Both the position numbers and the translations under genes were made by a program. Positions 23,511 to 36,400 of a stretch of DNA of 64,000 bases are shown piece by piece. Each line of letters starts with the position of its first letter. Position 1 is the stretch's first letter. The notes below the pieces were generated by a model. The model did not search any database and was not told the origin of the DNA. It worked only from the letters and a program-made list of their open reading frames with translations. This DNA comes from Euprymna scolopes (taxonomy: Eukaryota). The stretch is taken from assembly GCA_053919585.1 (NCBI GenBank), contig CM132790.1; one strand, written 5' to 3'.

Positions 23511-26500
23511 AACTCGTTCGCTCTCCTGCTCTAAGATGGGTTCTTTCAGGCTGGTGTTCGACCAAGAAATCCCCTCATCTGGTTCCCAATCTTCATAACT
23601 AGGTCCGGGACTATCTGCTTCTACTTCCATGTTTTGCATGCAGCTCTAACGGGTACAGATGTTTCAGGGAATATGTTTTTACACTCCCATCTCCCCAAAA
23701 TATTTGTGCCGAGCGTACCAAGCCATCATCACCTGGGAACAACCCTTCTACTCTTCCCAATGCCCAAAATGGTTTAGGGGGGCTTTATTGTCACAATATC
23801 CCCTACCTGTATTTTATTTGATGTTGTCGGATAAAGATCTTGTTTGTGCTCTTGAAGAGAGAGCAAGTACTCCTCATGCCATATTTGTTTGAATTCCTTG
23901 AGCAGCTCCTCCAATACCTGCCTGGAAGGTAGTTCATCCTCGTTAATTGTAGGACTCTCCAACCTGAGAAGTCCAAGGTTTTGATCCGGGTGAAGAAAGT
24001 GATTAGGCGTAATCACCTTCAGCCCTGAACCGCTTGAACTCACATAGGTTAATGGCCTGCTGTTGGACGTCTGAGATGGCTGTCCACAGCTCCGATTAAC
24101 TGTAAATGGGTCTGCCAATAGTTTTGTAAAGGCACTCCTCCAATGTCCTTATCACTCGCTCCCAAATTCCACCATACCAGGCTGAATGAAGTGGAATTCT
24201 AACATTCTTCACATGAAAAAAGTAACCAAATTTCTCTTCAAATTCTAATGAAGTTAGGGCTTGATGTAGAAGTTAGTTCCAGCAATAAAAGATTTTGCGT
24301 TGTCTATATATGCGAAGGTAATCCCCACAGATTAGAAAATCTAATGAAGGCCAACAGAAAAGTATGGAGTGTCATGTCTTTGACCAGTTCAAGATGTACT
24401 GCTCTGATTTCTAGACATGTAAATACTATAATGTAGACCTTTGATTGTAGATTTTGGTAGATTTTGGTTGCACACCCACAAGTGTCCGGTATAATCAATT
24501 CCTGTATGTAGAAACGGTCTCACTAGATTTACTCTATATTTGGGAAGATCCGTCATTTTAGGATACGTGAAGGATAGAAAGTTAATTTTTTTTGCATGCA
24601 TAAGTCTTTCAAGACTCCTTTTACAGCCTGTCTGCTTTGGGGTATCCAAAACCCTGACATTCTGATTCTACAAAGTGTAGCCGGCACTCCTAAATGTTTA
24701 GCTCTCATGTTGATCAGGTGAGTCAAGGAATGATTCTTCCCAAGTAATCCCAGGTCCAGAACTTCATATTGAAAGACACATTTTCCTGAATCCTGCCCCT
24801 GGAGCGGACCACACCAGACTTGTCCAGGAATAGGTTCAGCTGACTCACACGGCTAGGATGGACTTGCCATGAGGATCCTGTAGGAATTCCAGCTCAAGGG
24901 GGAATGCCTGTTGCTGCATCGTCCTAAACAAGTAATTAGCAGCAGCCCGTTTGTAGTCCCCTTCCTTCCTTCTTGATTTATATATAAATTCAAACACTCT
25001 GGAAACTATACGCAGAAGTTTATTGAAACTGGAAAATCTGTTGAAGGGGACGATTGGTTCTCTGTAGGTTTCGTCATAGACATATAATAGGCTGGTGCGA
25101 ACTATCTGTTGGTTGTCCGCATTAAGACAGTCTAGTGCACTATCAGGCCAACAGGCAGTCTCACCCGATAACCAGCTTGGTCTTGAATACCAAAAGGAGA
25201 AATTCTCCTTAAATTTAGCTGTCGTTAATCCTCGAGTTATTAGATCTGCAGGGTTTTGGCTGGAAGGTACATATTTATATCTAATAAGTAAGTTGTAGGT
25301 TGCCAATATTTCTTCTTCCATTTGTGCCACATCCTTGAGATGGTTCTTTGTGGAGATGTTCTTGCTGCTCGTTTGTTTGGTCATCAACCAAGACAGGACA
25401 ATTTTGAGCATCCACAGCCAGATACAAACTCTCAAATTCCACTTCTTGGTAAGTCTTTAAGATGCTACCAATACATTTAATTGCCAAAAAAAAAAACAGC
25501 TAACAGTTCAAGCGTTGGTAGAGTTTTAAGCTTTAGTGAATATCAGAGATGTACCCCCCTGAACCGCATATACCGAAAATCTGTATGCCTTTTTAGAGGC
25601 ATCTGTATAAATGTACAAACCCGCTGCAGCATCTTTGTCCAGTACTTGTCTCTTAAAGGAAAAAGAAGTTAGTATAGACAACTCGCCCATCAGTACTTCC
25701 CATCTCTCTTGTAATTCCTTTGGAATGGGTTAATCTCATTCCAACCCTGGTTTCCACATTTCTCCCACCAATATTTGACTCTGAATGGAGACTGGGAGAC
25801 ACAATGATAATTGGTCAAACACACTGGAAGCCGCTGAGAGGATGTGGCGTTTTGATTCTAAGTTAGGGTCACAAGTATATTGAGTGAAGCTGATGCAACC
25901 CAGAACCTTCTCCCATGCACAATTATGAGTCGTCAATATCTTTTCATCCTGCATAAGTTCCCATAGCTTGGGACAGTTGGTATTACAAGATTGAAGCTCA
26001 AAACCACCTTTCTGCAATCTTTCCCTCACTTGGCGGTATAGCTTCAACTCAGCTTCGGAGTTGTTAGTGTTGACAAGGTTGTCAACATAAAAATTTGAAT
26101 TTAATCCTGTGGCATTCATCTTCTGGGAATCTAGAAGCATGAAACTTTAAAATGCAATTTAATATAAAAGGGCTAGCATTAAATCCAAAGATTATGGTAG
26201 TGTAATGATAACACACCAGATGATCATCCCACTTTAAAAAGAAACAAAACTTGTTTCTGCCTGACTCCTTCACCAACTTAATCATCAGAAATGCTTTCCT
26301 GATGTCTCCCAATAGCATGTATCTGTTGGTTCGAAAAAGTAGTCTTAAATTTAGCATATCCCCTGTTATGTTCACCCCCGGATATGCCGCTTCACTTGAA
26401 AAAACTCTTCCCTTGACCATCAACGAACAGTTGAAAAGAGGACGCATTTTAGGTGCCCTAGGTTCGTTCTTAATCACTGGATGGTGAGGGATCCAAGCAT

Positions 26501-27829
26501 GTTTATAAAACTGTTTAGGTAGACAGTGAAAGGGTTTGATAATGCCTTCTGCTTCTTGTTCATCAAACACTCCCAAATACTCCTCGTAGAAGTCCTTTTT
26601 CTCTAGATTGTGTACTACTCTAAGACCTTCAGGGCTACCTGATGATTAGACTGCACCTGAACCAATTTGTCAGTGTGCCAGGGTAACTGAACCCAGTACT
26701 GTCCTTCCTTAAACTCTAAGAGTATCACTCCTCACTGAGAGAGCCAGGCCATCCCATCCATGCATTTTACTATTCGGAAGGCTGCCATAAATTGCAAAAG
26801 GTCCACCTCTACCAATCCTTCCAGAGCTATATCGGCATCTCTTCCTAGATCTGTATCTAGGATGTAACACAATTTTTTGAGGTTGTCGACCACCACTGGC
26901 AAATGTTCTACTCTCTGATGTGGATCTAAATCCTTATCAATCAGAATGGTTAATTGACATCTTACCCTAGGATCTAATTCTACCATCGTAGTAATTCATT
27001 GAAATTTACAACTTTTCTTTCCTAGAGAGGTCACAATCTTGAGGTTAACATTTGTAACAGACCTTGAGTCGCACTGCAAATCACGTAAAATCCTCCCACC
27101 AAAATAGGAGTTTTGACTTCCAGTGTTTACCAAACACCTAACCTTCACAGCTTTCGTTCCTCTTCGGAGTATGATACTGGTAATGGGCAGAATACACTGC
27201 CGTTCTCGGAGACTGATGTTGACACACTCCTTAGTTGAAGTATTAGGCATAGGGCACATAACCGTGGTGTGGTCCTGAGTAGAACACCAATCACAACAGC
27301 CCTTAGGGCTTCTTTTTTAGGGATAAAGGTTACTGAAATGATTGGTACTGGTACACCTGTAACAAAATCCCAATTCCAAACAACAGCGCCTTCTTTGAGG
27401 GAAAAGTAGAGTATTACAAACTCGAGCAGTATGTCCATCTCTCAAGCAAAAGTTGCACGCTTTACGGTCTTCTTGGATACGGAAATTCTCCAAGATTGCT
27501 ATCACTGCTACCACCTCCTTGTCTGGATGAAGCCTTCTACTAGAGTTGGCATAACTCAAACCCCTCATTTGTCTCAGGCCGCTTTCCAGGATTTAAAAAT
27601 CCTAATGCCAGTATCTAGAATAGCATTTAATGAGGGATATGGCGCTCCTACTGACTCACCAATTCTTCTTTAAGACGGTAGGACAACCTCTGGAACAGGT
27701 TATGGGCTGCTAATGCTCCTTCTCCTAAGTTTTCCTTCATGAATCCGTATCCTAGCATAGTATCCAACTCTGACAACTCATATTTTATTTGAGATAAATA
27801 ATTCCACGGTTTCTCCCGGCATGAGCTTC

Positions 27830-28420
27830 CTGGAGGCGAATCTTTCATAAGCCGTGCAAGGATCCATTGTACAGCACATTTTTTATAGCGGTCACATCAA
27901 CCTTCTCGGTGGCACTAAGTTGCTGATACACACTCAGAGCGCCCCCAGCCAATCTCAGGGAAATCACAGTGTGCACTCTCTTTACCTAACAGATTTCAGG
28001 TCAACTCGACCCTCTCAACCCAGTCAACGACAGATGTGGACCCATCAAACTCTGGAATCAGTTTCAGATCAAACTTTGAGTCGGTCATTTTTCACAGTAA
28101 TAGCCGAAATAGCTTGTATCGAATTCAACTTCAATCGTCACCAACACTCGCAATATTAACACAATAACCTCGTGACTGTAAACAACACTGTTCCCTCCTC
28201 TCACTCAAGCTTGCTTTTTATGCAGTTTTTCACCCTGTCTCATTTTCTTGTGTGTCCTCTGTTTCCTCATGATCTCGCGAGACCACAGTTTATAAAACAC
28301 CAGGCGCCATCTTTTTTCTCTTTTCCCACCCAACACTTCCCTGCAACAAGTCCACTCCTCCTCCGTCATGCCCCCACTCGCACGCACATCCACACGATGC
28401 ACAAATACGCAGACGCTTGC
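27830..28420 (-). mobile_element. Gypsy-like fragment (leader plus gag start) nested in BEL copy 4
   Basis: Minus strand MTDSKFDLKLIPEFDG...WVERVEL...LRLAGGALSVYQQLS, homologous to ORF 41320-41508. Confidence 0.75.
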
Positions 28421-28760
28421 TATTCTGTTCCTTAATTTCTTCAACGCATATTTGATAATATGCTTGTATATTTCTTCTGTATCCAGTAAAACCTCGATCA
28501 TGTGATCCATTTTCTCTTGAATCCCATATGAATTCTCAAGGGAAGATGTTTGCTCCGTGGCCATAAAAAAAAAAAAGAGAAGAGAAAAAAAATGCTGATC
28601 AATTTTGCAACATGTCGGTATTTTCTGCTAAAGGTTATTTAACAAAAGTTTGCAACAATAGTTGTTGTGACCTATGGCGTAGGTAAGAAAAATACACCTC
28701 GTCGGTCAGGTAAAGTTAATATGGTCACAAGTCTTCTTGTCATACAATACTGGACTGATC

Positions 28761-29400
28761 ACAGAAGAGATGTTGCGAGTTTATCTCTGATGTATCGTTA
28801 TTTTCATGGAAAGTGTTCGACTGAGCTTCAGTCTATAGTCCCCCCTCGCCAAACTTTCACAAGAAACACTCGTCTAGCTGAAAACACTATCAATAATTCC
28901 CCCCACTCTTTATCTGTGCCTAAACCTAAATGTAGATTTCATGAACAAAGCTTCTTCCTTAGAACGCCACGCCTGTGGAATTGTCTTCCATTTTCCTGCT
29001 TTCCGGCTGACTACAATATGGTTGTCTTCAAGCCTAACGTAAACAAGTTCTTGATGAGCCGTTCCATGTAAGTTAACAAATTTACCGAATTGATTACTAT
29101 ATTATTCAATTTCTACTGTACACTCTTTAACCCTTTTCCTCGAGTGGCATCTTGGCCTTGATAATATGTTGATGCATGTGTAAAAAAGAAAAAGAAAAAA
29201 GTCACATAATCCGATCAATCATCTCTAAAACTTAAACCTGGCAACAATTAAATAGTTTTATACTTAATTTGACGAAATACCCACTACTTATGTTTACTAC
29301 ATTATAATCATATGTTCTAATGTATACTCATTAACCCTTATTCTCGAGTGGCCGCTGGGCCTTGATAAGTGGTGACTCCTGTGGAGAAAAAAAAAAAAAA
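28761..29400 (+). mobile_element. Two tandem CR1/Jockey-group LINE 3' ends inserted in the BEL copy 4 5' LTR
   Basis: HRRDVASLSL...NVNKFL to 29071; A-tail ~29182-29200; second conserved tail and A-run 29330-29400. The empty site is visible at ~23110. Confidence 0.88.
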
Positions 29401-29597
29401 TCCCCAAAAAATAAAACCGTCTGCCCATCTGTACAATCAGACTTTTTATAATCAGCTCGGCCAATCAAACGAAGCGAACGTAACAACTATCAACATAGTC
29501 TGCACTCTCACAAATATTTCTTCTTGGTTCCAACTCTTCCGAGGGTGCCGGTTAGTGATATCAACCAATTTTACGTAGAGCGATATTTTTCCCAATA

Positions 29598-30005
29598 TGC
29601 AACAATGGTTCAATGTTTATGTTGCGACCCTTTGCTGAAGGAAATTGATAACCTCCTAGGTCTTGTATTAGTTACAAAGAAAAGTGATCCGTTTCACTAA
29701 GGTAAGAACTTCACATCCAAAACAACAACAATAGCAAAAATGGCACCCAAAAAATATCCCCATTGTTACTCAGGTGACACCTTAAGTATACTCATCTAAC
29801 TAATGAGAGTGTTCGCTCTACAACAACAATTTGCTATAATTACAGTAAGGGAATCATTGGGTATATTTCTCTTCTGTCTCAAGGACTGCAGGCAAGTCTC
29901 TTTCAGTAATTTCCCACAGTCTAGAATAATTCCTTAATTCCTTGAATTTAGAGCCGAGTCCTTTGATTGTACTTTTTTGTAGCGTCCTAGCAAAGATCCG
30001 CTACA
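29598..30005 (+). repeat. End of the plus-sense copy-3-family LTR
   Basis: 29920-29993 is the reverse complement of 17066-17128; ends ...CGCTACA at 30005. Confidence 0.6.
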
Positions 30006-30165
30006 GTTAAGAACGGCTTTCAGAATAACCCCCCCACCTCCCCATGTTAAGAACGGCTTTAGAAATAAACACTCCTAACCTCCCCATGTTAAGAATGGCT
30101 TTCAGAATAAACACCCCAACCTCCCATGTTAAGAACGGCTTTGGGAATAAAGACTCCCAACCTTA
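30006..30165. repeat. ~40-bp tandem repeat (GTTAAGAACGGCTTTCAGAATAAACACCCCAACCTCCCCAT) x4
   Basis: Four visible units; one unit-like motif also lies inside the MITE at ~2860-2890. Confidence 0.85.
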
Positions 30166-30169
30166 AAAG

Positions 30170-30455
30170 CATGGGGAGGTTTGGGTGTTTATACTATGTT
30201 AGGTACTCTGGTAAAAAAATACCAAAAAAATTCAAAACGAGGCTTCCTTCTTCCAAAGATGCCACCATTTTATTTTTCAAATCCGCTTGGAAAAACTGAA
30301 TTTTTTAGATTAAATAAAGAGCAATAAAAACATAATAAAAACCAAAACTAATGATGCAGGTATAAAATTAACTTTTATTGGCTGTGGTAACATTTTTTTT
30401 TTTGTGTATTTTTTATTTTTGTATAGTTGTTTGTTAGCTTCTCTGCTAAATTACC
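30170..30455 (-). repeat. Right long TIR of a Merlin-like element
   Basis: Inverted copy of 12280-12604; terminus GGTAATTTAGCAGAG resembles the MITE terminus GGTACTAGTGCAGAG. Confidence 0.7.
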
Positions 30456-32553
30456 GGGGATTCACTTTCTCGTTAACGTTTTACTTCATTGCTAACTGAC
30501 TTACTGTTCATGTCTTTACCAAAGTGTCACGTGATTAGAACGTTATAACAAGTGTTGGAAAAAAAAATGGGCCGAAGGGTGACTCTCCAAGGTGAGCTGG
30601 CTGTCATTACATGAGGAAGTGTCAGGAAAAAAAATGTGTATATATATTATATATATTTGTTTTCACATGTGACAGACGGTCCTTAACAAATTCGTCCACG
30701 CAATGCTAAATACCACTGCTGAATCAACATGCCACGCTATGAACAAATACCGTTGAATTGACACACACGTTCCAAAGCAGAACCAAACAATCTCACCAAA
30801 TCGGCACGCGACGATACAAAAATCCAATAATGCGAGACACGTTATTAAAGAAGTGTATTTCAAAACCAGTAAATTATTTATCAGCTTGTTCTTTTCATAA
30901 CCATTGGGCGAAACCAAGCTGTCACTTTGGGGTAAGATGGGTGTAGTTCATTAGTGGACTTGATTTGTAATCGAAAGGTCTTGGGTTCACTTTTCACCGT
31001 AGGTAGGCTCGACGCATACGCTTGTACGCTTTCGTGCATGCTCGGCACACTGTCAAACATCAGCGACCCCTGTTGCGTTGTGTGCACTCAGTATATATAA
31101 CTGCGTGGACAAATGGTCGCCGGACAAGTTTACCGACGAGTGTATATTTGGAATGACAACTAAAACACTCGATTGTTTACAAAAGAATTCGAGTTTATTT
31201 TAAACAATCTTTCTTTACACTTTGGTGTCAGTTGTCACTGACTCCACTAGCGAGGAGAGAGGCGTTGAGAGAGATAGGTGGCGTGGCGGGGGTGTTGACA
31301 GACGACAGACTTGTTTCTCACCGCGTCGGCTGCTACTCTTCCATTGACCACCAGCGGTTACTGCACTGTAATTATTAAATTAGCATCAGTTGTTATGACA
31401 CTCGATAGCTTCCCTGCGTGCTTCTACAAAAGTTTTTTTTTTTTTTTTTTTTAAACTACTTTTCCCTTTCAACTTACTAATTGAAATGAGGAGCCGCTGC
31501 TATTTTCTCAAGTGTCACTCATTGTTCGACCCGCGGAGAAAAGGCTTTTTTTTTTCTTTTTTTTTTTTTTTTTTAATATATTAGGAGGGATTGCAGGTGA
31601 TGCACCGACTTACATGTTCCCCTTCTCTTCCTTAATTAATTTATTCATTCTATCCTGCAATGAGAACAAAATTTCTCATTAGCGGGATTTGACTACCTTT
31701 CTCAACATGGTATTCACCCATCCCAAACATCCCCCTTTCCCCCTGCTCCCAGCAACTGGCCTAGCTTGTGCCCTATTTGCTACCGGGTCGACTATATGTC
31801 TCCTTGCACGACGCGGAATATTATCCGAGTCTGCAAAGTGTTCCAAGCGTGCCGTCATGCTGTTCACATTTCCCGACGACATGCTTCGCGTCAATATACG
31901 GCGCTCCATCAACGGAACATTAGATTCCTCCTTGGAATCCCTTCATTGATGTTGAGATTTCTGCACTGGGAAACCAGTCTCTTCTGGTTCGGTATCGCTC
32001 TCCGAATCCTCTGATACCTCCGGAGCTGCCAATGCAGTTTCCCTTAACGGTCTCTCTGTAGTGGAGATCTCCCACTCCTCAATAGACGTGGCCTGTAAGT
32101 GCTCAGCATGCGCCTTTGTTACAGAGCCCGTTAATTGGTCTTTAATTCTATACGAGACAGGACCCGTTTTATCTATCACTACATAGTACGGTTTCCACTG
32201 CATATCTAATTTTCCTTTCCTCTGGTGGTTCTTGTAAAACACTAAATCACCAACCTCAAACTCGACAGTCTTTGTCCTTTTTTCCGAATTATCTATCATT
32301 CTTTTTCTAGCTCTCCTAATATTGTTCCTAACTGGCTGTCATTACGTCCGATGCATTTCTTGTAGAGCGATCTCGTGATGTTCATCACCATAGTATACTC
32401 TGCGGGGTCTCAATATATTGTCTAAAGGCAGAATCACATCTCTATTATAGAGCAAGTAATATGGTGAGAATTTTGTCGTTTCGCTCACATGGAACCTAAC
32501 AGCCGTTAGCATCTGATTCATATATATGTCCCACGACTGTTCATTGTTCCCCA

Positions 32554-33489
32554 TTTTTTTTTTTTTTTTTTTACAAGGGTGTCACCACTTATCAAGGCCC
32601 AGAGGCCACTCGAGGATAAGAGTTAATAGGTATACATTAGTCATTGTGATTTTAGCATAGTAAACAGTGGGAATTTTGTAACTTGGATTACTTAGGGGGA
32701 CGATTCAATTAGAACTTGTTCACATTGGACTTTTTCTTTTTTTTTTTTTTCATAGGTATCAACTCATTATCAAGGCCAAGAGGCCACTCAAGGATAAGGG
32801 TTAAAGAGTGTACAGTAGAAATTGGACAATATAATAATCATTAGTAATGAAAATTTGGTAAATTTGATAACTTATATGGAACGGCTCATCAAGAATTTAT
32901 TTACGTTAGACTTGAAGACAACCATATTGTAGTCAGCCGGAAAGCAGGAAAACGGAAGACAATTCCACAGGCGTGCAGTTCTAATAAAAAAGCTTTGTTC
33001 ATGGAATCTACGTTTAGGTTTAGGCACAGATAAAGAGTGGGGGGAATTATTGATAGTGTTTACAGCTAGACGAGTGTTTCTTGTGAAAGTTTTGCGAGGG
33101 GGGACCATAGATTGAAGCTCAGTCGAACACTTTCCATGAAAATAACGATACATCAGAGACAAACTCGCAACATCTCTTCTGTGAGATAGAGGTTGCAAGG
33201 AAGAGAAAAGGACATCTCCTACGAGGCTACGAAGTCTATTTTGAACTCTATTAAGGCAGGACAAGTCCTTTCTAGCAGCTCCTGCACAGATGTGGCAACA
33301 GTATTCCATCCTTGGACGTACCTGGCTCTTATATAGATAGAGAATTGCATCAGCAGTGAGATATCTACTGGATCGATAGAAAGATCCCATCATTTTTCCA
33401 GCGGCCTTGGCAACAGATTTGATGTACGTGTTCCATTTAAGATCAGGAGTAATGGTCAAGCCCAGAAGCTTGTCAAAACTTGAGGCCTC
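32554..33489 (-). mobile_element. Two tandem CR1/Jockey-group LINE 3' ends inserted in the Gypsy integrase
   Basis: ORF 32872-33459; A-tails at ~32732-32750 and ~32554-32572; the integrase reads HDVLAK|MGNNEQSW across the insert. Confidence 0.92.
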
Positions 33490-36400
33490 TTAGCTAATAC
33501 GTCATGCATCGTTCTGTGAAAATGTTCAACTTTTCCATTACTCTGAGGATGATAGAACGACGTGGTCACGTGATGCACATTGAGGTCCTTCAATGCTTTT
33601 TCCATAATTTTATTAATATTTTCGGGCCCGTTATCCGTTAAAAGCTGGAGTGGTGCCCCGAACCTGGAAAAAATCTCATCAATCAATAGATGCACCACAG
33701 TTTCTGCTTTCTTATTTGGAACCGCAAAAGCCTCCGGCCAACCACTGTACATGTCTATAAATGTCACTATATACTGGTTACCCGAAAGCGTCTTTGGGTA
33801 GGGCCCAGAAACATCTAACGCCAGTTTAGCGAAAGGAAAAGGGGGCAAATCGCACTCCTGCATTGGAGGTTGTTGTTTCCTCAAATTTCTGGTCTGACAC
33901 AGAATACATTTCCCTATGTATTCATTTATTTCCTTAAATAAACAAGGCCAGAAATATTTTTGTTTAATTGCGTGAAACGTCTTTTCCACGCCCATGTGAC
34001 CATTATCATCGTGATATTGCACTAAAACCCTTTTCCTAAGATGCGACGGTACATATAACCTAATTAGTGGTTAGTCGTCGGGCTGCGACAAATAGTATAC
34101 TACTTCGTCCATTACAATGTACTTTTTTCTTTCCATTTTGGACGCTTTACCATTTTTCATACGCATCTTTAAGTCCACGATCTCCTTATCCTCTTCTTGT
34201 TCCCTAATCATATCTATGCCCGCTAACGTAGGTCGTTCGTGCTCACCCGATGAGTCCTCAGCATTCTTATACGATGCATACTCATTCGGCTCAAAGAGAT
34301 TAGAGTTTATTGCACTCACTCGATAGTTTCTACTATCTATCTCTACAGGGGGATCATTTGTGTCCTGGCTTGGATTCACCGCACGTGACAAAAGATCAGC
34401 ACAAACATTATCTTTCCTCTTCAGGTATCGTATGGTGCAATTATAACCAGCCATACTTAAAGCCCACGTCTGTATTTTCCTATTCTGTATCGGTGAGTTT
34501 AATAAATATTCTAAAGGTCTATGATCCGTATAGATGGTGAACGTCGCACTATGCAAATAATGATTTAATTTATCAAGGGCATAGTGTATCGCATATGCCT
34601 CTTTCTCTATCGTTGACCATCTTGTTTGCGTATCACTTAACTTATGGGATAACAAGTAAATTGGTTTCTCTACCTCTTTACCTTCCCTTTTATCATAGAC
34701 CATTTGTGACAAACATGCCCCAATCGAGTGATCGGAGGCATCCGTATACAGTCTGTAGTCCCTTTCTGGATCGGGATAGGCCAGTAGCACCATATCTGCG
34801 AGCTTTGCTTTTAAGCTATCAAAGGCAGACTGACATGCGTCGTCCCATTGGAAACGTGCATGCTTTCTTGTCAACCGGACTAAAGGTTAGGCGATATCGG
34901 AAAAATTTTTTATGAACCTCCGATAATATGACGTCATACCAATGAAAGCTCTCACTTGCTTCACAGTGGTTGGAGTCGAAATCAATTTTATAGATTTGAC
35001 TTTCTCCAGGTCTTGCTGTATACCCCTATCGCTAACTTTGAACCCCAGATACTGTATCTCTTGTTTAAAAAACTCACACTTTGTGGCTTTTAACCTGAGG
35101 TTATGTCTCCTAAGACTACCTAATACCCTATCTATATGTTTTAAATGGTCTTCCTTCGTATTGGAAAATATAAGTATATCGTCCAAATACGACAGCGCAA
35201 ACTCTTCTTGTCCTCTCAAAACTATGGACATTAACTCCTGGAAGACCCCGGGGGCGTTCGCCAGTCCGAACGGCATCACATTAAAGTGACATAATCCCCG
35301 ATGGCAGGTGAACGCTGTTTTCTCTTTATCGTTATTATTCAATTTAACCTGCCAGTACCCTGACTTTAAATCTAATTTTGTGAAGTATTTTGCTGACCCG
35401 AGCGAGGCTAGAATATCATCAATTACTGGTAATGCTCGGGCATACTTCTTTGTGACTTTATTTAGTGCTCTAAAGTCCACACAAAATCTTTTACTACCAT
35501 CCTTTTTCTCTACTAAAACTATTGGAAAACTCCACGGGCTATTTGATCTTTCGATTACTCCTGCCCGCATCATTTCCTCTAACGCTAACTCTACCTCTTT
35601 TCTTTGTTTTAGTGGTGTTCGATACGGGCATTTTCGTATGGGCTCATGCGTTCCTGTATTGATACGCATCTCCACCGTATTGGTTCTGCCCAAATCTTTA
35701 TCCTCCGTAACGAACAAATCTTTATTCCTCTCTAGTACCTTATCAACTTCTGACTTAAATTCCTCGGGTACTTTAACTCCCTTCACGGTTTTGTCGGACT
35801 CTTTTCTCATATGTTTTTCTGGCATGGTAATTTCAGTAATACTACCAGCCACACTACATCTAGCTATTGGACAACCTCTTCTTAATGTGATTGTCTGGTT
35901 GGTATTATTCATGATCATCAGTGGAAGCCTATGGGACTTGTTAATTCTTACTACCGAATTTGCTACAGATATCCCACTAAGCTTGCTAACGTATCCACTG
36001 CTAATCTGTTCTATCTCGTATTCCAGCCCTTGGCCATTTTTAAACCCCACCTGAGCCATGCATGTATGCAGGTGTTGTGGTTTCAAAGTTATTTTCCCGG
36101 CCAATCTTATTAATGCTGAAATACGAGCATCTTCCTCTAATGCGATGTATTCGTTTCCTAATTTTATCGCTCCTAAATCGAAGTACATCCTTACCCCATT
36201 TTGGCTAAGCCAGTCTCGGCCTAATATCACACTCCTATCGAGATTCTCTACTACAAAGAAATCTTGATAGATGGAGTAGCCTCTTATGCGCATCCTTAAT
36301 CGGGCAACCCCTTCTACTTCTAATGAGGACCCGTTGGCAGTCCTTAGATTTACTGCTTCCTTTCGCAGCTCAGGTGCATGTCTAAGTGCGTAAAAAACAC

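Larger units (their letters stand above)
22964..29597 (-). mobile_element. BEL/Pao copy 4, near full-length but decayed, with a C-terminal PHD finger
   Basis: Direct repeats 22964-23314 and 28613-29597 (the latter split by a LINE); gag ATG 28564; zinc knuckles CNFC...H....C; protease LVNTGSQ; RT DIRKAF, FGFNASP, YVDN; integrase TGIDYTG. Confidence 0.87.

Noticed and set aside
17531-23639. PHD ORFs as a host TAF3 gene or pseudogene
   Set aside because: No other TAF3 sequence is present; each PHD sits between a BEL integrase and its PPT/LTR.
31679-31912. env-like third ORF in Gypsy copy 2
   Set aside because: Only 77 aa, with no signal peptide or transmembrane segment.
35308-36054. 248-aa plus-strand ORF and similar plus-strand ORFs
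   Set aside because: Antisense shadows of retrotransposon pol with no recognisable motifs.
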